Below are positions 11,303 through 26,300 of a DNA stretch of 64,000 nucleotides, one piece after another. Origin of the DNA: Bugula neritina (taxonomy: Eukaryota > Animalia > Bryozoa). The translations under genes and the position numbers were made by a program. Position 1 is the stretch's first letter. Each line of letters opens with the position of its first letter. The stretch lies in assembly GCA_964035545.1 (NCBI GenBank), contig OZ037766.1, positions 8,112,722 through 8,176,721 on the forward strand, written 5' to 3'. Under the pieces are notes generated by a model. That model was given only the letters and a program-made list of their open reading frames with translations, was not told where the DNA came from and searched no databases.

Positions 11303-14190
11303 ATGACTTTAGTAACTTCAAAACCATTTTGTCTTATGGATGGTCAAGCTTCCACAATAAATTTTAAGGGTAAGTACTAAGTACTCAGTACTGAGAGTGA
11401 CACTCACACGGACACTCACACTGACACAAACTGTGACTCTGAGTGCTAACAATAATAGTAATACTAAATCTAATAACTATAAGTATAAGTGAAATACTAA
11501 TACTAATACTACTAGTAATAGAGTAATACTAATAGTAATATTAATAATAATACTAATAGTCAATATGAATAACATTCAAATTTGGTATTACTATTTAATA
11601 TTACTGGTATTTACTATTTTAGTATTTAGTATTTAATATTACTAATAGTAATACTATTACTATTAGTGAGTATTACTATTAGATTTAGTATTACCACGTC
11701 TAAAATACAAATGTAAAAGATAATTAAAAAAATGAATTAGAAATACAAAGCAAAAAACTACATTTTGATTTTAAATATAATGATATTATCACTAGGGAGC
11801 AGCCGTGGTCTAAAGGTTAGAACGCATGGCGTAGTAAATACGAAGTCATGAGCTCAAACTCCAGTAAAGGCCATTGATGATTTTAAAAAGAGCATTTAGT
11901 CATAATCGCTCTTGTGCTTCATATGAATAACTATAAGTCTGTAACTCACTCATTAGGTTAATGTAACTGTTACAAACTTAAGGTACTCAAAAGCTTTGCT
12001 GCATTGTTATTTTTTTATTTTAAATGTTATAAAATAAGTATAATATTGTGATTGTTTAGTAATCAACTTGATATACTATACTAGTAATTCATATTTATTT
12101 TATTTATTCATGGTAGGCCTATCAATAATATTATAACGAATATCAATATAAGCTAGAGGTTAATCGGTGAGGCTGTGTAACTGTGAGACTTAGACCAAGT
12201 GACAATTTCTACCTGGTTAGTTGTTAGGTTGATTATTTAAGAACTTAGCAATGACACTGCTATTTTTAGTAATAATAATAATTATTAGTTATTTTGAATA
12301 GTAATAATTATAGCAAAACTAAGATTATGGTGTAAATATTTATGCTATTAATTATTGAAATCAAAATTAAATCGGCATCTAGTTTTTTTGTTGGATTTTA
12401 ATTTTTAGAATAATGGCTTACTTATATTAGAAATTGTTTACAACCGTTATTCAATAAATTTTAAAACATCAGCCTGGTGTTACAGTAGTACTGACATTGT
12501 TGCACCTGTGTATTACAGATTAAAGATATGCATTAAAAATGTATGAGTATCAGACTTGATACTGCTATCAATTTTATAATCACTTATTGGAACTTTTAAT
12601 TTATGGTTACAGTACTAGTTATCATTTTGTATTAACTAATTTTACATAAATTTAAAATAATAGATATAGATGATTATTCAGTTGAATAATAAGTTGATTT
12701 CATTGCCATAATACGTCTGTTTCTATACTCTGTTTAATTATAGACCTTCAACTGTATTGTTTATCCAGCTTACTAGTTTTATTAACTCTTAGTATTTTAG
12801 AGCTGTTAATTTTACAGAGACTGTAGTATCTAGCTTTTTTTATTACCAAAAATTATAAAAAACTATATATTTAAAAATGGATCTAACCTAACACATGGCA
12901 ACTCAATATTAAACATATCTCAAATCGCTTACAAGCCAAGTATTAGGGTTTCATGAATTGGCAAATATTGGATCTATTTAATATGATCAATATTTTATTT
13001 TCTTGGGCTGGTACACGGCAAAATTCATCAGGCAATATAATAGTTTGACTTGACCAAGGTTTTAGCTTAAAAAACGAGGGGTATCTAATGAAATATATTT
13101 TTATTTTAGTCCGCCAGCCTGGCTTGCAAGGTTCTTCTTTGAAACGGTCATCTCCAAGTATTTTTGGGCAGCCTAAGGTATGTATGTTGTTTAGCCACAC
13201 TGACTTCCAGAGTTGTTTACTGTAGTATTTCAATTTATCAGTAATTTCCAAAATCTTTACTTTCAAACTTTAGCAACTAGTCATACACCTTTTCTACTCA
13301 AGCAATAAATGAAAGGCATATAAAATAATAAGCTATAGCCTAATTAGAATTTCAAATAGTAAATTTATCATAAATGTTAAGCACAGTGGACACACTTTTC
13401 TATATACATGATAATGTAAATGAAGCATGTCCTGCATTTATTTTGGTGAGCTTAAGGCATAGAAAGCTAACTTGTACCTTTAAAATATGTTGAACATGCT
13501 TGTACTTTATTGTAGGCTAAAGTTGCTCGATCTAAAGGAACTGGGCGAACAAAGCAGGACTTTTTAGATTTTTGTTTAGCTGTGCTGGAATATGCGGAAT
13601 ACCAACCTGAGGAAACAGAGGAGGTAAATACTGTTAACATGTACTGTGTTAAACTAGGAAATCAAGCTGAAACTGTATTATAAACGTCATGTTTGTGTTT
13701 CTAGGAGCCAAGAGCAGGCCAGCCCTACAAGACACACGATATGTCAGGTATGGCAAGTGATGGTCTAGGAGGCACCAGTGACTCAAGCAGCTCTAATAGC
13801 GCACATCGATATGATGGTTCTTCGGCTGCTGCAGCTGTGTGCTCATCTAGTGCATGCTCGTCTGAAGGTATAAACATATATAATTCATAGGCTTTTATGT
13901 TGTTTAAATGACTGAGTATTTCGATATAATTTTGTTGAAGGTCAATTCAAAGAAATCAATGGTCTGTTTTAGAAGATGAAGTAATCACATGTTTTTGTAA
14001 AAAACCGTTTGCCAATCGTGCAATGATACAGTGCGGAAGTTGTGAACGGTGGATACATTTTTCCTGTGCTAAAGTGAGAAGGTCACACATTCCAGAAGTG
14101 TACATATGTATCAAGTGCCGTGAACCTTCGCGGACAGCCAGGAAATCAGGAAGGCCACGGATGGAAAAGAAGTTCGTTGACGACGTATAA
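11303..14190 (+). CDS. PHD finger protein, PHF13/PHF23 family. Exons 11303 (or 11336)-11369, 13110-13177, 13516-13623, 13705-13867, 13973-14190
   Basis: Exon phases are consistent. N-terminal family motif RTKQDFLDFCLAVLEYAEY and C-terminal PHD ITCFCKKPFANRAMIQCGSCERWIHFSCAKVRRSHIPEVYICIKC. Cannot choose between PHF13 and PHF23. Confidence 0.9.
11450..11700. repeat. Degenerate (TAATAC/TAGTAT)n tract in PHF intron 1
   Basis: Visible periodic AT-rich repeat. Confidence 0.85.
11794..11950 (+). mobile_element. Decayed tRNA-derived SINE
   Basis: A-box-like CGTGGTCTAAAGGTTAG and B-box-like GAGCTCAAACTCC at tRNA-like spacing, followed by a non-tRNA body. No intact cloverleaf. Confidence 0.5.
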
Positions 14191-15267
14191 TATAGCTATG
14201 TTACGCACTTGCATCATGTCTATTTAAATACTAAAGCGCTCTATATAACACTATGCAATTGCAGATGATCTGTATTAGACATGTTGTTTCCGCAAAGCAA
14301 TATTTTTGTATCATCACATGTGTGATATTAGTAACTAGAATGCATAAAACAAAGTGCAAGATTAGTATTTAAACAGATTGTTCATTTCGGTCTCATGTAC
14401 ATACAACAAAAGCACATTTCTTGTTGACAGCCTCAGTTTATTTTAACTAAAATCTTAATAACATTATGTCCAATGCCGGGCATTTGTTCTAGTTTATCTC
14501 TCTGTTAAAACTTGTTTCAGGATAAATTGTTTGATGATAAAACTCTAAGCTAATGATTTTACAAAATCCTTGTGTCACCCAAAGTTTTTACTATTGTGAT
14601 AGCTGAGCTAAAAGCACTTTAATAATTTGTTGACATTCCTTTATTGGGCCAACATTATTTTCAATTTTTCTCAGATTGAACTGTTTGTAAGCCTAATATT
14701 TCATTAGCTTGGTATCTCATCTTTCAAACTTGCCCATAAGTAATTTTACTCCTTATTTTTGATTTATTTGCATATGAAAAATGTAAATTGTGTTATTTCT
14801 ACAATAGCTGCCACAGTAAAAGTTACTTCTTAGTTTAAAGATTGAGATTTTTATTATATGGTTTACAAATTTATGCCAGTAATATTTGACAAATTGCATT
14901 TAGCACCAATCTTGTAAATTTTATGTAGCTTTGAGTCAACAGCAAACTTATGCAGGACGACTGTTTATTTTGTAGTCAGGGTGCATGGGCAATCAATAGC
15001 TGTATCATCTATATTATACTCAAATTATTCTTTGTACATAATAAAACTAGATTATTGTATTGAAATTTAAAAGATATTACATTGTCATCTATCTCTCTTG
15101 GAAATGCAAAATACAATGAATTGAAGGAGGCATTTTGTCATTTATAAAGCTATAACAAGATCTTGAAAAGACTATAATATTAAAAGATGTTTTGGCAACT
15201 GTAACAATTATGAAACACAGTTATTCTAAGGCCAGCCTGATTATTGTTAAATTAAGCCAACTTCAAC

Positions 15268-17164
<1,897 letters not shown>

Positions 17165-17379
17165 TGTGTTTTCTGAAATTTCACGAGATTCAGATAATAA
17201 CTTTAAGGATATTTTACAGAATTCTTTTAAAAATCAGCAAAAAGTAATATAAAAATAAATTAAAATATAGCTGCGATACGGATATGTAATTTACATACTT
17301 TTAGCCTTTGGCTTTAGGCCTATGACAGTGAGTGTGACTCAACAGTAACACAAAATAAAACATTCATAAACTTTGATTC

Positions 17380-17590
17380 TAACAGTAACTAGTAGTAGTA
17401 CTACTACTAACTTTAAGTTAAAAGTAAGACTGACTCACAGTATAAAGTGAGTATATCATTACTATTAGTATTAGTATAAGTATTACTATTACTATTAGTA
17501 TTACTATTAGTATTACTATTACTATTAGTATTACTATTAGTATTACATTTACTGACTTAGAGTTAGAGTTACACTTACAGTTAGTACTAC
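17380..17590. repeat. (TATTAC/TATTAG)n tract upstream of the METTL1 CDS
   Basis: Near-perfect hexamer repeats at 17455-17550. Confidence 0.9.
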
Positions 17591-17892
17591 TTGAACGTTG
17601 AGCTCGAAGAAAGCAATAAAAACATAAGATACAGTTCATAAAATATACTTGAAAGCAAAATAATCATCAACTAATGACACTTGTTACACACCCGCCACTG
17701 TCTAGTATTAAAATAATGCTGAATGAGAAAACTTCAACTAAAAGTAAATCATTGCTACAATTATTTTGCGCTCGTGAGAGCTAGCGGAAATGATGTATAA
17801 AAAGTTTTACATGCAATTGTTGACTGTGGCCCTAAAAACCTCTAGTTAATAATAAAATTAGTTAAGAATACGTAATTATTAAAAATATTTTA

Positions 17893-18001
17893 AAGCAGCA
17901 CCGAGCGTGAAGTGACTGAGTGCAATTTTTTGGAAATCTCAAGTTGGGGCACAAATGCGTACACAAATACTCCGCTCAATCAGCCTAACTCGGTGCTGCT
18001 T
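17893..18001. repeat. Small inverted-repeat element (MITE-like) in the METTL1/TAF11 intergenic region
   Basis: AAGCAGCACCGAG (17893-17905) is the exact reverse complement of CTCGGTGCTGCTT (17989-18001), with further imperfect pairing inward. Confidence 0.65.
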
Positions 18002-18199
18002 CTAGCGGTTTCATAATTATTACAGGTACTTTTTAGTGATTACATTTAGTTTTACTATAAAAAGTGATTTAATAATTCACTTACTTTTACTTTTAGTTTT
18101 ACCGATTTAATTTTATAGTTACTTTCTCATAATGATTAGATTTGTTTAAAATAGTCAAACCCAATAGAATATCAGTATAGGAATTTTACCTTTTCAACA

Positions 18200-18860
18200 G
18201 TAGAACTAGTAAGTAGTACTAGTACAACTATTACTATTAGTATTAGTATAAATATTTATATAATATTAATAAAATTAAATATTATATTTAATATAGTTAT
18301 AGTAATTATACTAAAATTATAGTGCTACTACTACTACTAGTACTAGTAGTTTTAAATAGTAGATAATCATATTCATAATAATATTATTAAATTGATATAA
18401 ATTAAATCATTAAATGAGGATATTGAGTATAAAAAATAAATATTTCATGGTAATGCTGATACTGATATAAAATTATTATTAGTTTTACATTTGCTAATAC
18501 TAATAGTAATACTAATACTAATAGTAATAGTAATACTAATAGTAATATTGCTAGTAGTACTGACAGAATTACTATTACTATTAGTATTAGTAGTTAGTAT
18601 TAGACATTACTATTAGTAATAATATTATTATTAATATTAGACTTAGTAATACTAATAGTAATACTCATAGTGATAGTAATTTTGAGTGATAGTCATACTT
18701 TAACTTATGGTATAACTGTTATAGTTATAGTTGTAATAATACTGATGATTCTTTATCATTATGATAATAATGGCGAATATGATAATTTATAATTATAACT
18801 GATACTACTAGGATTATACTTAAAAGTTAGTTAGTAAGTAATAACTTATATTCTCATGTT
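18200..18860. repeat. Long degenerate (TAC/TAA/TAG)n low-complexity tract
   Basis: Visible periodicity and very high AT content. Confidence 0.85.
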
Positions 18861-19271
18861 GAGTTAAAGTAGTAGTATTCCACCAATAGCAAAATAATTT
18901 GACTTAACTCTAAGACTAGGCTAACTTTAGGACTACAAGTACAAGTGCCATCTGTCGTTACCTGTCGAATTTTTCTTCACACGAAACCACCCTGTTGAGT
19001 AGAAGGAATGTGCCACATTTTTAATGATAAGTTTCCATGTATGCATCTATAGTCAGTAAATACATATTCAAAAATAATTTACAGTGGATTCAAAACAGGC
19101 CTGCTTAAGCTGTCTGTGATAAGAATGTAGTATGGGTTTGTGCTGAGGCTGCTCTATTTGATCTAATGTTAACGTCTTCAATTGTCCGTGGTAAAAGAAA
19201 GACTATTGTAATATTTATTTTTGGTTTGCCACTGTTGCCTCAAAATTTAAGCAGTTTATTAGCAAGAGTTA

Positions 19272-19648
19272 AGGCCTGGCCTCACGATCGTGAAAATCAC
19301 ACGAAACTCATTTGACAATTTCGTGAGTAATTCTCTCGTTATGACCAGCCACACACTCGTCGGACGAAACACCTAATAAATGTCAGTGATTGAGTCTTGC
19401 ACAAGATACAAACAGCAGAAAATTGCCAAAAAGAGAACACGGTAGAAATAAAATAATTACTGTTGTTAAAATTCTATTTACCAATCAAATGGTGCTTATC
19501 GTCGATTGTGATTTTTCGCCCATCGTCATCGTTGTGTACACCCAACGAAGACGATTTCGTTTGAATTTCCTCAAATTTTCTCGTACGATTGCTCTTTCGT
19601 GTCAAATAGACGATTTCGTGTGATTCTCACGATCGTGAGGCCAGGCCT
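19272..19648. mobile_element. PIF/Harbinger-type MITE (377 bp)
   Basis: About 35-bp TIR AGGCCTGGCCTCACGATCGTGA(A/G)AATCACACGAAA at both ends, with TTA TSD at 19269-19271 and 19649-19651. No coding capacity. Confidence 0.88.
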
Positions 19649-20123
19649 TTAGTCAGTAGATTTGTTTTGCAATGCTGTGTTTAACCAACTCTGATTCTCT
19701 GCGAAAGCGTGACAGCCCAATCACTTTTAAGTGATAACTGCTAGTTTTCAATAATTGGTAATCATAACGTATAATCATAATAATTATGCAGACTCAAATA
19801 AAGATTGAGATTATGGTTACCACATAACGTTGATTTTTTACTTCTAATTTGTTTTAAGGAGTTTATGAAAAGTTTAAGTTTATATATTCATAACTTCAAT
19901 CATTGACCGGGTTTGACCATGACTGCATAGCTACATTTGTAACTATAAGCTACAGTTATGGCTTATTTAGATAAGACTTGACTAGCCATTCGAGGTTATT
20001 ATGAGCTGAATTGCTAAGATGTGCATTCTAGCAAAATATTGCCAACAGTTAGTGTTACAAACAATATGATTAAATAGTTCCCAAGGTGACACTTTAATTA
20101 TATTTTATAGGTCAGCTTTAGAA

Positions 20124-21281
20124 ATGGCTGATGAACCACCAGCTAAGGCGCAATGCTTAGACGAAAATGCTGCTGACATGTTTCCTAGTAATAGTGACAG
20201 TAAAGCAGAACCCTCTACTAGTTCAGCTGAACCATCAACTGGAGAAAAAGCTGTAGACATAGAGCAAATGCGGAAGGATAGGCAGATGAAAAAGGAGGAG
20301 GAACGAAAACGCATGCAGTAGGTGTCACATTTTTTGTAAATGAAACTTTGCATTATTAGTAACCCAATTTATTTGTTTTTGTTATATACACACACTCACA
20401 CTCACAAGCAAGGTTACCATAGATATCTTGTCCAAAAAATGAACAGGTTCAGATAAATTTTGCAGTTTTTTTTTTCAATAGATGCATTATGTATGTCCAG
20501 TTCTGACAGTTGTCCAAAGGTATAGAATTGCAAATGGATTGAATTTTTTTATCTGCAGGATTCTGGTGTCTAATTTTTCCGAAGAGCAGCTAAACAGATA
20601 TGAAATGTATAGAAGGGCCTGTTTTCCTAAAGCATCAGTAAAACGGGTAAGTTATACTAACAGGTTTGTGCTAATGCTTAAGATCAATTTAGATTTATCA
20701 CTCACAAAGTCATAATAACTTGTTTATCATGTGCTAGTGCAATTTAAACAGATTTTTTAAAAACACCCTGTGTGCATTATTAATGAATCACTTGCTTGCT
20801 TGTCTTACTGAAATATGTAGGCTTTCGATCAATTGTGTTAAACATGATGTGATAACTCACTATATCAGAATCACTAAAGCTAGTTTCTATGTACAATAAG
20901 AAACATATAAATACTCTAACATGCATACTTGAATACTATAAGTATATTGTAAAATATTTAGTTGATGCAAACGATTACTGGAACATCAGTGTCTCAGAAT
21001 GTGGTTATTGCAATGGCTGGTATCTCTAAAGTTTACGTTGGTGAGATAGTTGAACAAGGTAAGTATTAGAGCTTTTAAACAACTTTGAACATGTAATTTA
21101 TTACAGCTTCACAATACATGCTTATCTTAGAGTTCGATTGCTGTTTGTAGCATTAGACGTGAAAGACCAATGGGGAGAGACTGGACCTATTAAACCAAAA
21201 CATGTAAGAGAGGCTGTTAGATTGCTTAAAGAAAAAACAAATATTCCAAATTGTAAAAAGTCAGTATCCATTCATAGGTAA
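20124..21281 (+). CDS. TAF11: TFIID subunit 11. Exons 20124-20317, 20559-20646, 20962-21058, 21151-21281
   Basis: Histone fold [87 protein letters not shown]. Confidence 0.97.
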
Positions 21282-22801
21282 TACTTGCACTGTTTTAGTT
21301 ACCTGTATATAGTATTGTAATGGTATTACTCATCTGTAATTATTTTTGTAGGAAGTCTTGTCAGTTTTTATTTTTATTGCTGAAAATTTGGCTCATTTTT
21401 TGTGAAATAAATGTACATTATATTTGAATCATAATACAGGTAATTGTTTAATAGCATTACTTATCAAAAGCCTGAATAGCAGTCAAAGGTTGAAAATAAT
21501 AAGTTGACTCATTTAGCTTTAAAGCAGCTGCAAGTTTTTTTCAGATAACTAAAATGAAATGTACTAAATATACTTATCGCTTAATTAGTAAGTATTAGAA
21601 AAATAAAGACAGTAAATAAGTTATCAGTTGTATAATTCTAAGCTGCAAGTTCCTGGGTTTTCCTAATAAACTCTCTGAGTTTGCTAAGTAAACTGTTATA
21701 CTGTTTACTGAGATTCTTATAAAATATTCCATAATTAGCAACTAGTATGAGTATGACAATGATGTATAAGAAGACTTGAAGTGTATTGAATCTATATTGC
21801 CCAGCAACAGGAGTACTACAAAATGATTTCTATAGAATTGTCTAGTTACTAATGAGTCCATTATTTGTGTTTAAATTTTATATTGTGAAAAGCATATTTT
21901 TGAAAAGCATTATGCTGAGTGTAATGGGTAAACCTTGATTTTTATTTTAATTGTGCAAAGAATCTCAAGAAGACCTTGACACTCTTGTGACACCAACTGC
22001 TGCCTGTATTGTAACTAATCATTTATCTAGCCATGTGCTAAGCAAACCTACTTTCAAATATACCACTACTAACTGACATGAATAGATAGTTATATTATCA
22101 CAACAATAATACTCAGTCTTTAACTAAGTCTTTACACTACATAATATTATACATTGAACTATAACTAGGAAGTTTTAGTTCGTTGATATTATACACTTAT
22201 ACGAGGCTTAACTAAACAATAATTATATCACCCACTGCATGTGATTTCGGATTTATCTACACATGAATCAAAACTGTTTATTTTGGTCAGAATTGGATTT
22301 GCTGTGTAATTTCTATTATGCATGTGCTGAATTAAACATGTATAAAACTCCAATGTGATAAGGAAAGCTATATTTGCAAAGCTATGATTCCTTGCATGCA
22401 TATACTATAAATAACTTAAAAATACAAAATTCTAACGTATAACATCAAATTAGTTTATTGCTAAACAATGCTTCATCCTACACTATGCAGCTAATGTGCA
22501 GTAAACAATACATTGTCAAGTTATTTACTTATAAAACAAGTTAACTACTGAATCAAAAAGCAACAAGTTGTTGTATAACGGCAGCAGCATACATGAAGTC
22601 TTCAACATTCTAATATCATAATTTATATTATTCAAGTAAAGTACAGCATTGCATTCTGAGTACTTTATGGTAGAATAAAAATTAATTAACATGTTGGTTA
22701 TGCACTAGATTGTGAGCTTCAGCATGGTTCAAATTTTTAGTGAAACTAAATCTTGTATTCAGTTATTCACAACTTTGCAGAGCCAGAAGCTTTTTATTCA
22801 C

Positions 22802-23317
22802 TTAAATTTTCTCACACACTCTAATATTAGCCTGTAGCGCTAAGGCTACATTTAGAAATGTGTGAGGCAAATCGTCCAAGTCAATAACATCACCAGGTGA
22901 TAAATCTTCTTCGTATACACCTACTTCTACAACTTCATTGAAATTGCCATTGTCGTCTTTACTCACATCTCCTTTTTCAGTAGCCATTGCCACTGCACCA
23001 CTAATGCTATATCGAGAGTAAAATACTCCAATAATGTCACCAGATTGCACTTCTATTTGCTCTTCTTCTTCGATTTCTTTGGTTTGAAAATCAATTACAC
23101 CTGGAGTTAGTTCGTTATAGTCTACAAGCTGAAATTTATTTCCTTCAAGTTTTCGCCATACACTGGCATAAAGTGGAACAATTGGTTGTTTTCTGTAGTA
23201 ATCCCATCGAACTAGAGTCCCGGGCAGTTCAAACTTCTCGGAGAGAAGAAGTACTAATTTATTTGAGCTTGTCTCTGGCAGATCTCTTGGCTGACGTCCA
23301 AGCTTCTGTAACTTCAT
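22802..23317 (-). CDS. Uncharacterised 171-aa acidic, beta-rich protein encoded by a single coding exon
   Basis: Long clean ORF with globular composition. Acceptor TTTTAG just upstream, so the exon starts at 23329. Candidate non-coding exons at 26754-26648 and from about 27770 to 27549 have GTAAGT donors. Confidence 0.8.
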   Translation of the reverse strand: MKLQKLGRQPRDLPETSSNKLVLLLSEKFELPGTLVRWDYYRKQPIVPLYASVWRKLEGNKFQLVDYNELTPGVIDFQTKEIEEEEQIEVQSGDIIGVFYSRYSISGAVAMATEKGDVSKDDNGNFNEVVEVGVYEEDLSPGDVIDLDDLPHTFLNVALALQANIRVCEKI

Positions 23318-26300
23318 TTTCTGCTCCTTCTAAAACTTGAAAACATATCACCATATAAGGCTTCACAGCAATGAGTAATCAAAGGGTATAATTATATTAC
23401 ATAATAATGTAACTGGTACCATATTTTATTCCTATAAACTAGTGAATGATAAAGTTTTGGCCTGCCAGTTGGGTTTAAACTCCCTTTACTCATTGGATAA
23501 ACTACTTCATTATAACATACTAAACTTATCTTTTTACATTATAATACCCTTTCCATTCCTCTCTCTTTAATACAAAATAATTATATTAACATAATATTAT
23601 ATATCATTTGCTAAGAAAAGCTCGTAATTATATCATATCTGTACCCTTACCAGCTATGGAAGTATTCTACATCTAAGTATCATTACATGTTTAATCTCTA
23701 GTTCAAACTCTTATTACTATCTCCTTGAAAAAAAACTTGCATAGTTACAACAATGTTATCTAGAAACGAAATATTATGGTAATTAAATGCATAATAAGCT
23801 ATGAGATCAATGAGTCCTTAGTCACAGGCCACTCTCCCTGAGTGCTTGTCTCCACTCTTTATAAGCTAATCTTACTAGGAACTCTGACAGTGGACTATAA
23901 AGATGATATAATTTCAAATTCTAGTTGGTAAACTTTAAAGAATATGGTTACTTTCATAGCACGCATGCAGCTTTGGAGCATGTATAAATGCAACACCCAA
24001 TGAAGCCGCAGTTGTGCAAATAAACATCTGCGAAACAGTCAGTTTTATATGCTTTATAATATAAATATATATGCATGATTATAATAACTTGCCTAACACC
24101 ACAATATGCTTTATAAGTAACACAGAAATGATTGTTTTCGTGAGCTGCTGTTGGAATTCATATTGAGTGCCCATAAGTTAACTATTGCCTTCATGTTGAT
24201 TGATGAGTGTGCATTATATGTAGTGTATATATGACTTAAAATTGCTCAATATTTTCATCACATATTGATATATTTTAGATTTTCTTTTATGATTAATCTA
24301 CTTTGATTTTTTGTAATAAATAGTAAACAGGGTATATAATATTTTGCAGAAAGGTAAGGTTTATTACTTACTATATAATATGTTATAGTAGAGCAATATG
24401 GGGTATCATTAATACTCAACATTACTAGTCAAAAGCATGCAATGAAATAAACGATTTACTTTGAAGACAAAATTTCAAAATTTTCTCAACATCTGCTAGC
24501 CAAATGCTACTTCTATTCAGTCTCATGATAGTGTATTTTAAACCATCTTTAGAAGAGTGCACTGTTAGCAACATTTCATCAGATTCTAATGCCATAAAGT
24601 AGATAAATGTGACATTCTACATATTATTTTTTTCTATGGAGTTTCTTGAATTTTTTTTTATAGTATCATAAAGCAACAAGCTGTTTATTAGATATTTAGC
24701 AACAAAATATGTTTTTATCCAATTCGTGAAGTAGCTTTTCAATAAATCCAACAGAGTTGTTACTCTTTCAACATGCCACTTGCAAATCACTTGATCTATT
24801 ACTGATTAGTCAATAATGCTATAAATTATAAGCTCAAGCACTATAATTATTTTACTTTCATGTGCACCAACAGCGGCAAGGGCATATAGTAACTAGCCAA
24901 CTTCATTGCAATACAACAAAAGGAACTTTTGTTAGATAAGTCATAGGATAATGCTTTTTTTCATTACTGTTAAGTGGAATATATTATAAAGCATACTGTG
25001 CCTCATAAATATTATGAAGGAAATTAATAGGCACAAGTTTTAAAGAAATCTTCGTAGGGCAATTAATTATGTTTTAGATTATTTGCTGACTATTAGTATT
25101 ACTACTTCCAAAGAGTTATATTTTTAGTTATTGGCAAATTATTCCAGACACAAATTTAATTTTTCTAACTTTCTACTATAGTGAGCTTCACCATACCTTA
25201 TAGTTAGAAAAGCTCCTCCAGTTGGTAAAGTTCACTGTATAGTTTAGCCAAAAGTTGTGTTAACATTACTGTATATCAGTTTGTATAGAAATGGTGCTGT
25301 CTTGGAAATACATGTGCTATATAGGCTATTATATCTGTTATCTGATGATGCTGGGTAATTAATTGCAACAACTTAAATGTAAACAAGGCGAGCAAAAATA
25401 GATATTCATCATTCATTAACTGTCAGATTCAGCACGGGCTGTGAAGTTGCCTCTTATTGGCTGTAACTGAATGCTACGTGTTGTATAGCTACTTTTGATT
25501 CATTAGTGTTAAAGCAACCATTGAAAATAGTGATGTGGAACTATAAAAATAGAAAGGTTTATATAGTAACTGTTGTTGTCATACTACATGGTTGAAGCTT
25601 TTGTGTAAATAACAAAAATAATTTGCATTATAAATCTTCCTTATAATAATTATTATTTTTATATCATACTAAAACATTGCATAATATATTAGCTAAGATT
25701 AGTAAAGCATTAGATACGAATTTTAATTATAATAATTATAGAAATTACGTTGACTGTAGTAACAGAAATTAAACTACGAATTGTGGGTAAGAATTTATTA
25801 CAGTTTTCAATGCACAGCTTATCACTAAAACCTATTAACATCCTTATACTAAAAGTTCTATTAAAACTATCTGCTGCTATTATAATGAAAATATAATTAA
25901 TTATAGAAACTGAATTTATTGGAATGAGTTGTTAGACAGAGCAGTGTAATGTAATCATATATAAGCAATCATCTAATTAGTTAAGAGGTTGTTTATTTGT
26001 AAGAATTAGTGAGCATATTTTGACACTTCCTTTACAAGTTCATTGACCAGCAAACAAATTATACTAACTATTTGCATGAATTTCCTCATGAGTAAGTACT
26101 AGTAGTGCTATGCATCTTTATTCAGTATAATATTAAAAATAGTAACATAATTGTGACTAAAAATAGTAACACAATTGAGACTCAAACTTGTTTTTTGTTT
26201 GTTAAGCAGTTCACAACATACTTATGCTTTCAACATTTAGAGTTTGACAAACAAAAATATTATCAATTACAAAACCAGCCATTGTTTGCAAATTTGTGGC

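Noticed and set aside
11794-11870. Possible tRNA gene
   Set aside because: The B-box is degenerate, with no acceptor stem or terminator, so it was treated as a SINE head.
12943-13266. 107-aa minus-strand ORF
   Set aside because: Antisense to PHF exon 2 and flanking introns, non-ATG start, no recognisable motif.
17418-17639. ORF with ILIVIL repeats resembling a membrane protein
   Set aside because: It is a translation of the TATTAC/TATTAG microsatellite. The same applies to 32678-32872 and the start of 42592-42828.
19390-19623. 77-aa ORF inside the MITE
   Set aside because: No transposase or Myb motifs, and a non-ATG start.
25342-25390. CTGATGA hammerhead-ribozyme core word (also near 28286, 31100, 48059)
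   Set aside because: No properly placed GAAA with pairing stems.
26135-26185. Short local tandem duplications (also about 51990-52040 and 60877-60915)
   Set aside because: Two-copy slippage duplications with no sign of function.
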